Shown here piece by piece: positions 52,321-64,000 of a DNA stretch of 64,000 bases. The translations under genes and the position numbers were made by a program. Under the pieces are notes generated by a model. That model had not been told where the DNA came from. It did no database searches and was given only the letters and a program-made list of their open reading frames with translations. Origin of the DNA: Hydrolagus affinis (Eukaryota); NCBI GenBank assembly GCA_012026655.1, contig JAAILG010000314.1, positions 1-64,000 of the forward strand. Direction: 5' to 3'. Every line of letters starts with the position of its first letter. Positions within the stretch are counted from its first letter, which is position 1.

Positions 52321-54987
52321 CTCCAAGCTAAAGGTAAAATATATTACTGCTAATGGTGTTACTGTGTATATTAAACTTCAAAATATTAAGCTATATTAGT
52401 ATTACATAGGACATTTTGGAATCAAAAACCCTGAACATTTTCAGGAGAAAGAAACAGCAGCTGCTTTTAGCATAGCATTTCTTGCTTTGTTTGTTGAATG
52501 ATGTTACCATTGACAGCTTTGTGAGAGGAATTGTTATTGTGATTCAAGTTTAATTTATCACCGCTGAAGCTTTCAAACATTTGGCAAAGGACGTGCTTTG
52601 AGTGAGCCGTTAAAGCAAAGTGGGTTAATTCAGCTCCGCTTGAATTTTACATGTGTGAAGTTTCTTTTATGACACATTGATCAATTTTTCACAATCCCAT
52701 GTTTGTATGAAAACGAGTCGTTCTTGGCTTCCATTATTTGTGAATCTGACCAACGATGGATAACAGAGACATATGTGTTCCCAATAAACAGAATGGCAAA
52801 AGGCCATAGAACTGCGATTGCTTTAATGTTCTACATTTGTTATTTTGTGCACAATTAGTTTCAACGCAAATTATATGAATTGTGTATTAATGAAAGTATT
52901 AAGACCGTTACACTTCAATTATTTGAATCATCACCTTAGATCACATGAACAAAATCATCAGAAATTCAATTTGGGAGATGAAGACCAACAGAGATCAAAA
53001 CTTCTATTGATACAATGAACGACTATTTGGTTAATAAATTTAATTGGAGAAAAACTGAGATCCAGTGGGGGCAAATTCTTTTCTACTCTTTACATATCAC
53101 ATTCTCCATTGAAATACTTTCTTGCTCACATTATATTCTCCCGTTTGGAACATTCTAAGAGGACATCTAGGTTGCTGTGCAAAATAATATTCATTTAAAT
53201 GGAGGAAAATTACAAGTTGTACAAATGATATATTCACCCATTGCATTTTCCGAGAACACTCCATTCCAGAAACAGCAATAAAATACAATTGACAATAAAA
53301 ATTTAAATAACACCCTTTACGGTGTGCCAAGGATCTTAAGTGATGTTCACCTTTTCGTGTTTAAACAGAGAAGCGCACCCTTGAATTTAATCACAATTGT
53401 TTCTTAATCCACAAAAAAAATCCCCAACCCCCCTCCTCACTTATGTCTCCACAGACTTTACAAACACCCTAGTTTCCAATGTGAATTACTGTATATGTAC
53501 TAATAATCAGGATGGGATCTAGGATGGGAATTGGCCAATAATAGTTACAATAAGGAAATGGACAGAAAAATCTAACCACCGACTGCAAATTGCCTCGTTT
53601 TCTAATCAAAGACATGTATGGACATAAGTAAATCTAATCAACAATTTCAAGTAGGCTAACACTGTTTCTGATACAATCACTCTCATCTGAGGTAAGCTTT
53701 TATCTGATGTCCAAAATCGGTCCCTTTACTGAGACAGCTGCTAATACCACCCCCACTCCCCACCCCCCACTGTGTGATTAATTACTTTCAGCCTATTTAT
53801 CAGACACACCAGATGCCATGTAAACATTGATATGTTATTATTGAATTATTCAGGACTATTTACCATTTCCCCTCCCACCCCTCATGTTCCCATGGGTTTA
53901 AAGCTTATATCAAAATAAATTGGGATGTCAACTTTTTTAGATTCCTCGCAAACTCGCTGAAAAAAAAATTGCTGTTAAGTTAGCACTGTTGGGTTAAAAC
54001 CCTGGTAGCTCACTGCTGAGGAGGTAAACACAATGGAAAATAGACCCTGTGTGATGCAATTGCTATTGAGGCGACGCAGATAAAAGAGCTGTGTATATTA
54101 TTTGTGACTTGCTCCCGATGTGAAAGGCGCTGTACAAATGTAATTTTGTCATTGTTGTTGTTGTTTATTTCCTGTTTTCCAATAACATCATAAGTACTGA
54201 GGGAAAAAGCACATCATTGTAATGTGATTTTGTGATATACGCACCCACAATATTTTAAATAGATTTTTCTTGGAGACTGTAATTGCATCTTGGATGAGTC
54301 AGAATTCTTATATACTATCTGCGCAAGCAAACTGAACAGCCTAAATGTCAATTCTCTCTCTGTTTAACTTAACAACACCATTTATGTGGTGCCCTTCGCA
54401 TTATATAATGTCTGGGAGCATTTTACAAGGACAGCATCGGAAACTAGAGCAAAAGAAGAGGGGGCGAGCTGAGCTGGGGGGAGGGGGGGAATAACAGCCT
54501 TAACTTACAGTACGATTTTATCATGATAACTATAAGATGGCAAAGTCAGTGAGTTTACCAACCTGTGGAGTTTTAGCGCAAAGAATTCTAAATCACTCCT
54601 TTCCAATCTAGATGCAACTGACCAGATTAAAAGACCAGAATGCCCATTATTCAGACTCACTCATACAAAATAAGCAATTATTTTAGCAAGACTTGAAAAG
54701 GCTTGTGCGAAAATGGCAGTGTTGCATTGATGCATTTGATGGTGCTCGTCAGAGTATGCGATTAATTGTCGAATAGAGGGAGGGACTTCATTCTGCACCG
54801 TAGCTAACTTGGGGAGTATTTAGCACTAAAAGTGTGTAAATTTTAAGTGTAAAAGGTAATCCAATGCTTATCACTGATACCCATCACATCCTAGGCACCA
54901 AAAGAAACCTGAATAAATACTATAGGAAGCAAGTACCCGGTCTCTTAAAGTAAAAGTAAGTCTAAAACTCTACACTAAAGATTGATG

Positions 54988-55220
54988 TTGTTCACCCAAA
55001 GGTATTGGAAATCTGCAACTCTCTCCCCCCAAAAGACTGTGGATGTTGGATCCATTCACATCTTCAAAACTGTGGAGGAAAGATATTTATTAGCTCAGGA
55101 TATTAAGGGATGTGGGGTAAGGGTGGTTAATTAGTCTTGAGGTAGAGATCAGCCATGATCTTATAAAATAGCGGAACAGGCTCGAGGGGCTAAATGGCCT
55201 ACTCTTATTTCTATGTTTCT
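54988..55220 (+). mobile_element. CR1 3' fragment
   Basis: cagccatgatc...ggaacaggctcgaggggctaaatggcctactc...tttctatg. Confidence 0.82.
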
Positions 55221-55917
55221 ACAGTGATGGTGAATTTCAATCGGTGCAGCAGCGTGCGTCATTAATGTCTGCAAGTTGAGGACTTGAACCATGCAAGGCA
55301 ATTGCCAGCTTAGTTTTGACAGCAAATATGCCATCGATCGAGCACCATCTACAACCCATGCACTCTCTAGGAGGGGACACTGGATGCCAATCGGGAGCAG
55401 GAACCCCGGCTGCTTTTGTCTCTTTAAGTGACCCAGCGTACATCTCTTGCTGCTGCTTGGATGAAATCAACTGATTCAGCAACAACTAAGTCATAGAGGA
55501 GGCAACGGAAAGGCCATCGATTACACAAATCAATGCTTTGTTTATACTTTCTGAGTGACAGGAATCTTGTACGAGGTATAAATGGCCGCTATTTAGAAAT
55601 ATCTTTCGGATTTAATGCTATCAAATGAATATTGGTGCCCTGGGATGGTTGGATCGAGGTAAGAGAGACGTCTCTCAGGATTTACAGATGCTGAGTTAGT
55701 ATTATAGATTGGCCTGACAGAGCACAATTGACTGGGATTTATATTTATTAGACAAGTGCTTCATGCCTCTGTGCTGAGTTAAAAGGATTTGGAATGTTCG
55801 TTTAGACCACTTATTCTCCGCAGATGCTATTAACAGCAACCACAGTTCTCAAGGCCTCTGCTACAATCGTCTTTCAGGTCACAGTCCCCACACCCACCTC
55901 CACCTCTATCCCCCCAA

Positions 55918-55941
55918 CACACACACACACACACACACACA
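55918..55941. repeat. (AC)n microsatellite
   Basis: acacacacacacacacacacacac. Confidence 0.95.
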
Positions 55942-56649
55942 TCTACAATAGGGAGAGACAATTAGGTCAACAAAATACAGTTATTTTTCGAATCACCATT
56001 GCATTGCTAAGGGCAACCTCCATACCAGCCTCTCGAAATCTGCACAGCAACAACAGTAAGGCATCTGCAATGTCGCAGCAAAAATACATTGTGTGTGATC
56101 AACGGTGCCCTTGTAGCCATCTGTGCATCTGCAGAGAATAAACACATCTACTGTAATAGCAAGGGCTGATAGTGATGCCAAGAATATCAGGGACACATGA
56201 GCCAAATTGCCTTGCAGCCCCCATCACTTATTCATCCTTGCCATTTCAGGACCCACCAGATGGTTTAACAAAGGAGAATTGGCTGGTGACTTGCTGCTAC
56301 ATAAAAGATTAACCTGCGCCTGTCACTATCCTTTCTACGCGATGCCATTCTGTTGCACAAGTGACAAGAGCTCTGGTCTGAAGTAGTGGCTTATGATTTT
56401 GGTCCTGATGATTTTACAACAAGCTACTCGCTGGAAAGTCACCGAGAGCACATCACAGAGGATCCGCAGTGGCTCAGCACGTGGTTCTGAGCTGCAGCTC
56501 AGAGTCCAATGAATTGGATAGCTCGACTCCCACATGGCTGATTTGTATCAGCTATTGACACAGTTACATAGAATGATAATGATGGGAATAAGCCATTTGT
56601 CCCAACTTTTCCTTTCTCCCTCAGCTACACATCAAGTTCACACTTAAAT

Positions 56650-57001
56650 GTGGAGTCCTACAGCTTAGTGTTTTAGAGCAAGCGAGAGACCTGGGTTCGA
56701 TTCTCGGCAGCGCGAAACGTTATGCAAGTTTCCTCACTCCGCATGTCTCTGTTTGTCTTGCAGTAAGTAGGAACCTAGTTGTTAGTCGATTGGCAGATCG
56801 CTTTTCCCTGGGGTAATAAATTCCTTCAAAAGCAAAGTAATAAATGGATCATTTCAATCCACGACTGTTTGTGGGACTCTGCTGTGTGCAATTGGCTGCT
56901 GTGTTTTGCCCTCAAAATATACAGTCGATTCACTTGACAGTGTATTCTGTGAAGCGCTTTGAGATGTAATAAGGCGCTATATCAATGGAAGGATGATTAT
57001 C
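56650..57001 (+). mobile_element. Long-variant SINE with the same anticodon-arm deletion
   Basis: gtggagtcctacagcttagtgttttagagca^agcgagagacc, plus the long internal segment. Confidence 0.88.
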
Positions 57002-57217
57002 ACTAATATTATTAGTTTAACTTGTGAAGTTAAGATTCAGGTGTTTAGATATCGAACAAACACAATGAAATATTATCTGCACAATTGCTACCTGGGTTAG
57101 TTCACCACATGGCGAATTCTCTGACATGACTGAGGTGTCAGGAAGCAGATATCTTGGCTGCATCCAACCTGTTGGAACACATTCATCGTTCAAGAATGGA
57201 AAATCTATCCAACTTAC

Positions 57218-57382
57218 CCGCACTCTGGGCTCAGTCCTGGTGGGGAACGCAGTTTGATTCTTCCCTGGTAACTGGGGACAAAACCACTCCACTTCACTGA
57301 GATACGTGAGGAAGGAGCAATCTGTGCCATCAACGCCATAGTAAGCATAGCAGGGATCGGAGGTCCACCTGGCTCTCATCCA
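57218..57382 (-). CDS. MGAT5B: MGAT5B internal coding exon (165 nt, phase 0-0)
   Basis: Translates WMRARWTSDPCYAYYGVDGTDCSFLTYLSEVEWFCPQLPGKNQTAFPTRTEPRVR. WMRARWTSDPCY is the MGAT5B form as recalled (MGAT5 has WMKDMWRSDPCY). Acceptor ttgaag|TGG, donor CGG|gtaagt. Confidence 0.96.
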
Positions 57383-59019
57383 CTTCAATTATTGTCGGCA
57401 GTCAAAGGAAACAAAAAAAAAAGCAGGATTATTTTCAATGCAACTTTGCTCAAGTTTTCCATGTGTAGTTAACAACAGCAACAACATTTGTATAGCGCCC
57501 TTCAGCTTTGGAAAAATATTCCAGGATGCTGGACAGTCAGGGATTTTTGAACCCAGCTGGGAGTTAGGATGTTAGCATACACATATGGTCTGATTTAGAT
57601 ACTCTGTTTAATCGAAATCAGATAGATTCACTGATCAAGACACACCAGAGCATGGTGTATGATTTTCCACATAAGTCAAGCAACCAGCTGACAAAAGAAA
57701 ACCGCTTTCACACATCTTAAATATTTCATTAACAGGACGAGAGCATGCCTTCTAAATTGGATTTGATTTCGGTTTTCCAAAAGCAAAGGAGGAATTTAGT
57801 CCCACTGGCACTGCATCATTTAAGCCCCAACAACTGTGTCTTCGTAAGACTCTGCTCTAACTATGTCAGTTAACTTGGCATAGCTCTCTTGCCTTTGAAG
57901 CTGGAAGTAATAATGGGTTCACATGCCTATGTTGGCTCTTGAGTTCCTCAGCTAAGAGGACTCTGTAAATTACTGCCTTTGTAGGTAAGATATTAAACCA
58001 AGGAACCATTGAACAGGCACTCAAGATCCCCATGGCACCATTTAACAAAGAGAAGGGAGTTTCTCCTCATGTGCAAGCCAAACCTCCTCCAGATTAATTG
58101 GACATTTACTTCATAACTGGGACCTTGCTGGCACTCATGGCTGCCAGCAAATACTGTACAGCCACCGCCCTGGACAGCAATGACCTGTGAAGCACTTAAA
58201 ATTAATTCAAGGATTACACTGTCCACAAAATATGAAAATTGTTGGACACTTTGAGGTGATAATAGACGGAAAGAGTTGCTCGTGCTTGAATATATTTCAT
58301 CACATTGAGAGTTCAAATGGTCAAATCGATCATTCCTGTGTATTTCTAAACTAACTGCATATTCTGGGGTGCTAGTGAACTACCATATATTTGTCTTTCC
58401 CAAAAAATATAAGAAATGTTTTTAGTCCACAACTGTTTGTGGGCCACTGCTGTCTTGAAGACATGATAAGTGCTCTACACCAAATGCAAGGATTATTATA
58501 GGATTACAATTCGGAACCAGTTGTACAATCTTATTTTGACTGTTTCAGTCTCTGCGGGGAAAGCAGCAGCAAATGAAACAAGGAGTTCTGTCTTTGATAT
58601 AAAAATCTTAGAAAAAATGATAAGTTGGGTGTTGAGTTTTATCGGCAGAACTGAAATGTTCCTCCAGGCAAATTTAACAACTTGCAGACAATAATGTACT
58701 GAAAGCTGCCATTGCATTTTCAGACCCAGCGAGATTCCTCGGTAGAGTTGCATTCCCTTATGTGCTGAACTTGACTTTGACTCAGTCATTTATGTGAAAA
58801 AAAATACTTCAATTATAAAACTAGAGTTCGTGTGAACTTTACTCTGAGTGCAAGGATTATTTTACGAAAAAGCACAGCAATAAAACATGCTGTCATGTCA
58901 CTGTGTACATTTAACAACTGTGCCATTATCATCAACAAATAGTGATCTCAACATATCCTCTATACTCATCAAACACAACAATTTACATTGATAGAGTGCC
59001 TTTCACATGGGAGGATAAT

Positions 59020-59912
59020 GATAAGAATCTTTGCATTGGAGATAGCATCTTATCACATTGACAAGGCATCTCAAAGTGCTTCACAGGATTTAATATTAAC
59101 AGTAGCGCCTTCCATGACAGAAAGACGTTGCAAAGTTCTTCGGAGGATTTACTGCAAAGTGCAGTGGCTGTTTACTTTTTATGTGCACGAGGCTGCCAAT
59201 TTGCACACAGCAATGTCTCACACACACAGCTATGAAGTGCGTTTTATCTGGGAAATGATTGGCCAGTAACCAGGGAAGAACTTCATACTCTTTTTGAACA
59301 GTGCTATGGGATCTTTAACATCCATAGGAACAGAAGTAGGCCATTCAATGGTAGCCTGTTCTACCATTTAATTAGATCATGGTTCAATTGTTGCTCAACT
59401 AATCCTTCCAATTCTAATGTCCCGCTTTCTCCCTTAATATCCTGAGCTACCAAAAATCTATCAACCTAACTCTTTCAGCTCCTTGGAACATCTTCCCGAT
59501 GTGAAACGCACTATACAAACGTAATTTTGTTGTTGTTGGATGGATCCAGCTTTTGGGGGAGAGAATTCCAGATTTCCGCCACCCTTTGAGTGAAAAAATG
59601 CTTCCTGATTTCATTCTTAAATGGCCTGATTCTAATTTTAAGACTGTGTTTATGAATTCCCCCACCAGAGGAGATAGCTATCAAATCCCCTTATCATCTT
59701 TAAACACCTCAATCAAATCACCCTTCAATCTTCTAAACTCAAGGGCATTCAAGGGAATACAATCCAGGTTTACTCATAACTTAGCCATTTTAGCCGTGGT
59801 AACATCCACCTGAAGAAGCAGATGGGACCTCGTTTTATTATTTTATCCATGGTATGGGTCCTGCGATAACGAGTACTCTCACAGCATTGCACTGGAGTAC
59901 CAGCCTGGATTG
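59020..59912 (-). mobile_element. Older Deu-SINE split by a CR1 fragment that itself contains an L2 tail
   Basis: TSD taacatcca (59316-59324 / 59800-59808) around the CR1 piece. L2 tail at 59481-59538. Confidence 0.75.
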
Positions 59913-60557
59913 TGAGGATGTCTCAAAGTGCTTCACACGACTGAATGGGAACCTTAGGGCGGGGGGGAGGGGTGAGGGAAGAGAGCATCTGTTGTACGGT
60001 TCCCTGTCTTATTTCATCGATGTGCAGTGAAGGTCACATCAATTTGTTTCAGTGTCCTTCAGTGGAATAATTCATGAAATACTGTCCAATTATTTTATTT
60101 AAATCAGAAGATATTTAATTTTGTAGCTGATAGCTAAGCATTTCATTGAAAAATCCTAGACCATCTGTGCGACTATATTAAACCATCATATTAATGCATG
60201 CTTGTGCGTTCAGAGTGAAGTGTTCATGGACCTATTTGCATGGATGCTGGGGAAATTAATTTTGTCTTATTGAACTGGTGGTTATGTTGTTTATCAAACA
60301 CGATCAACTAGTTTTTAAACTTTTAATAAAGAAATTGCAGTGGCAATGCACGGATTAATTGCAAATTAATTTACAAAGTCAATTTGTTATCCAATGTTAA
60401 TTGGCACACGACAATATCAACCGAAATTATTTTGATGGGTATTTTAGGAAAAAAAGGAAACCTGAGGTAGAAACAAAAAACCTGGATGTAAATTTATACA
60501 CTATTTACTAATGATGCTCAATGTGAAACCTTTGTGGACAGAATATTCAAAACTCTT

Positions 60558-60890
60558 AACAACAACAAACAACAAAATTACATTTATAAAGTGCCTTTCA
60601 CGTTGGGAGGACCTCCTAAGGCGCTGAACAATCAAGGGAGAGGGGCAGGGTAGGGGCGAAGGATGGGAGAGAGTTAGCAGGGGAAGGAGAGATTTGGGAG
60701 GGCAGCAGAAGGCACAGTCGAAGAGGAAGGTCTTGAGACCGGCCTTGATGGAGGCAAGGGAGGTTGTGAGGCGAAGGGACTGTGGGATGGAGTTCCAGAC
60801 TGTGGGGACTGAGGCTGAAAGCCTGTCCGCCGATGATAGGGCGGGTCTGGTGGGGGACATGGAGCAGGCTGAACGGAGCGGGCGGGGAGA
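60558..60890 (-). mobile_element. L2 3' end (family B)
   Basis: Minus strand VWNSIPQSLRLTTSLASIKAGLKTFLF; (AAC)n tail. Confidence 0.85.
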
Positions 60891-61629
60891 TTCATAGCTT
60901 TAAAGTGTACATGTACAGCCTTCTGTCTCCACACAGAATAAAATGACCTGAAAAACACCTGAACTGAAAGGAATCTTCTATGGCACCTAACAAGGAAATG
61001 TCCCTGTGTATTGCTATAACAGCACACATTTTCATTTTAAGGCATTGTCAATGTTTTGTTTTAAAAAATAGTGACTTTCATATATTTATGTAAATGGTTA
61101 ATACTGCATCTTCGCACAGAAACTGCCATTTTCTTGATATACCACAAGATGATTTGCATTAGAGTCCTTCACTAAATCCTGGATTGTTCACCCAGGACGC
61201 AGATTTAAATACTTTAAGATTTTTATATTTAATATCACACAGTGTGGGACTTTGTGACTTTGTGATAAACTGGGGTGAACTAAAGTCTCAGAGTTTAACC
61301 CTCGGTGCTCAATTCCTGGTCATGGATATGGGTTTGTGGGAAGATGCCAAAATGACATACTGTAGTGTATTCCATGCTGGGTTTACTCCTAACCAACAAT
61401 AGAAACAGTAGAAAATGCAGACAATTAGCACTGCCAGTATTGAAGACAATACTGTACAATATAATTTCAAAGGATGTGGAGATGCCGCTAAAATGATGCC
61501 ACTCTAAATCAAAAATTCGACCATCTCTTGATAATAACACAGTTAGCAGAATTGATGGATTTGCTCACTTTTTCACAGTCGCATTTCAAACACGCTTCAA
61601 ATTGTCGATGATACCACACAATACAATAC

Positions 61630-61885
61630 TGAATTACATTTGTATCCTGTAGTGCCTTTCATGTCAGGAGGACATCCCGAGGTGTTGGACAGGCAGGAAA
61701 TTGGACCTGAGCAGCGAGGATGGGATCAAGGAGGGTGGAGGACAGGGAGGGCGGCTGAAGCCGCGGCTGAAGAGGGGGTCTTGAGAAATGCCTTGCAGGA
61801 GGCAAGGGAGTGAGCGAAGTGAATGGATTGTGAAATGGAGTTCCAGAGGGTTGGGGCAGAGAGGCTGAAGGCTGGACTGCCGATA
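61630..61885 (-). mobile_element. L2 3' end (family B)
   Basis: agtgcctttcatgtcaggaggacatccc...ggagttccagagggttggggcagagaggctgaaggc. Confidence 0.8.
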
Positions 61886-62012
61886 GTTCAGAGTTACCAA
61901 ACATTGCTGAGGGTCTTAATGTGCAGGGAAATCTAGTATACCGCATTGCTCTGCAGGAATAACAGTCACTAGAAGTATATTGTTTCAGAGCAGAAATCGC
62001 ACAAGTTGTGTG

Positions 62013-62337
62013 ATAATAATAACAATCTTTGCATTTAATATATCGTTTTTCACATCGTATCGACGTCTCAAAGCGCTTCACAAAATATACTATAAAGTGA
62101 ATTGACTGTATATTTGTGGGCGAAATGCAGCAGCCAATTGCACGCAGCAGTGTCCCACAAACAGTCATGGATTGAAATGACCAATTTTTATTATTGTGGT
62201 TTTTTTTGAACAGATTATTATTAGGCATGTGGACTAAGGAAACTTGCCCAAGGCTTTGCCCTGACCTGCCTGGATTCGAAAACAGGTCTCATGTTTGTAA
62301 GGCAAATATTCTAACCACTGAGGCACAGGAGTTCCAC
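62013..62337 (-). mobile_element. tRNA-derived SINE, full length
   Basis: Reverse-complement match to the family from tail to head. Confidence 0.9.
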
Positions 62338-62394
62338 ACCTGGCAAGAGTCACCAAATGAGCTGTGCGGATTCCAGTACCTATTAGACTGTGCA

Positions 62395-63110
62395 TGACTC
62401 ATTGAAAGAGCATTTCTCATTCCATGTTTTCTGACCTTCGTATGTTTTTGACCCTCTGCAGATCTCTTTGAACGGAACCCTTTTCCTCAAAACATTACAC
62501 ATTCAAGAAATGTAACATCCCAAACTGATTACCTTTGCCTGGTTTTTGAATGTTGTGAACCAGATAGATCCCAACATGATGCTCAACCCGGTTGTGTAAT
62601 CAGAATTACTGCCATATCTTTGTTTTGTACAGTTTGCCAATTTATTATCCAATTAACGTCTTTGTTGCAAGAGAATTCATTGAATGCTCTTGAGAGGTGG
62701 CTTTCCAGACACCTTGTGAAATGCAGGCAGCTTGACTATTTTACATTGCCAGCATTCCACCATTAGGATGAGGCATTTCAACCAATTTTCTAGGCATGAC
62801 TAGCCTCTCATTAACCTTTCGTGGACTAGAATACAGTAGTTTCCTTCTGTTAAACGCACAAAAACCACTTGATTTACAATAAGCCACAATATGATTATGT
62901 ATTGCAAGTCGGCAATTCACAGGGTTAAGGTTCTTTGACCTTTCTTCAAACCGGAATACCATTCGTTACTTGCAACCTTTTGATATTTCCCCCTATGTAT
63001 AATGAATTGCAAACCCAATTCAGCTGCCGTTCCATTCACGTCTGCTCTTATTTCCTTAAGTAGTCTGGGATATGTTCCATCTGGGTCTCTCGTCATAAAT
63101 ATTCAAGCAC
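62395..63110 (-). mobile_element. Very old, decayed CR1-type reverse-transcriptase fragment
   Basis: Minus-strand remnants in the expected order: PDGTYPRLLKE (GPDGIHPRVLKE-like), KKGQ, SMLGSIWFTTFKN (SVLGPLLFTIYIN-like), QRDL. Confidence 0.55.
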
Positions 63111-63679
63111 TCCAGTTTTTAAATCACCGCTTTATCACTGATCTCCATCTCTCAATCTACCAAAATACTGCACAGTCAGGACAAGCCATCATGTAAAACA
63201 TGGTGAATTATATATTTTTTAAATCCGCCCTATTACATTCCTCTCCTCTTTATCTCTCAGAGGCCCTACTTGTTTTTCCATGCTTTATATAAAACCATTC
63301 AGTCAATTCACTTTACAATATATTCCATGAAATGCTTTGAGAAGTCTCAATGATAAGGCGCTATAGCATATGCAAGGATTATTACTAATACAGTATTACC
63401 TTTCCATTCAAATATTGTTTGAAACATTCCTAAACTGCTGTGCTGTTTCTCAAGATCTTTTTCATGACCTTTGGGTAAATTTATAAGATTCAACTTCAAG
63501 GTGGGTAGGGGAAGATGGGGGAAGAGTGGACGTAAGCATGGTCAAAGAGAAAGGCGAGGCTTGAAAAAGGGGAGAGAGGGCAAGGCAGAGGGATTGATGG
63601 AGTGTGTTTCAGAGTTTTGGGGAGTAGTGGCTGAAAGCGCGACCTCCGATGGTGGGACAGAGTCTCCATAACATAATAA

Positions 63680-64000
63680 GAATTAATAACCCTTGCAATT
63701 GATATAGCACCTGATCATGTCTTTGAGACATCTCAAAGCGCTTCACAGATTTTACTATAAACTGAATTGACTGTATATTTTGTTGGCGAAATGCAGCAGC
63801 CACACAGCGCACAGCAGTATCCCACGAACAGTTGTTGATTGAAGTGGCCAATATTTTTTGAAGGAATTATTATGCCTGAAAAGCAATCCGCTAATCGACT
63901 AACAACTGGGTTCCTACATACTGCAAGGTAAACAGAGGCTTGTGGAGTAAGGAAACTTGCCCAATGCTTCGCACTGCCCGGGAATCAAACCCAAGTCTCT
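63680..64000 (-). mobile_element. Long-variant SINE, head runs off the window
   Basis: aatcgactaacaactgggttcctacatactgcaaggtaaacagaggc is the reverse of the long internal segment. Confidence 0.85.

Noticed and set aside
55360-55490. Possible ancient SINE remnant (ggatgccaatcgggagcaggaacccc...)
   Set aside because: Only a vague recalled resemblance. No head, tail or second clear copy could be verified in the window.
58158-58182. REST/RE1-like site (cagccaccgccctggacagc) in a neuronal gene
   Set aside because: The left half-site and spacing deviate from TTCAGCACCnnGGACAG.
61659-62228. Longest ORF in the track (189 aa)
   Set aside because: Chance read-through of a SINE, unique spacer and L2 fragment. 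Similar VCGTLL...YSVKRFETS peptides recur in every SINE copy.
1368-64000. Recurrent ~300-bp repeats as a CRISPR-like or regularly spaced array
   Set aside because: Irregular spacing, both orientations, 5' truncation and simple-repeat tails identify them as dispersed retroposons.

Overview
Eukaryotic (vertebrate) genomic DNA, most likely from a cartilaginous fish (chimaera or shark-type repeat content; this is inference). The whole window lies inside one minus-strand gene, MGAT5B (GnT-IX/Vb, alpha-1,6-mannosylglycoprotein 6-beta-N-acetylglucosaminyltransferase B). Four internal coding exons are recoverable (57218-57382, 45915-46085, 42813-42982, 15625-15756). All have GT-AG boundaries and compatible phases (0,0,2,2), and they splice into one continuous reading frame. 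The flanking exons were not found and probably lie outside the window. The introns are packed with retroposon debris: a very abundant tRNA-headed SINE with a Deu-like body and L2-type (TTA)n tail in at least three subfamilies, an older Deu-SINE, two L2 families with (TTG)n tails, CR1 3' fragments, a Penelope-like end, and one hAT-type MITE with TIRs and an 8-bp TSD. Almost all ORFs in the supplied track are spurious. I found no convincing new multi-gene system. The most interesting observations are RNA-structural and mobile-element ones: a composite SINE with a shared 5' extension, a covarying stem-loop across three retroposon tails, a fold-back hairpin inside a SINE, inverted SINEs bracketing exons, a CAG-CAG-CAG tandem acceptor, and nested insertions that give relative ages. 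Repeat family names come from recalled consensus sequences, not searches, and repeat boundaries are approximate unless a TSD is quoted.
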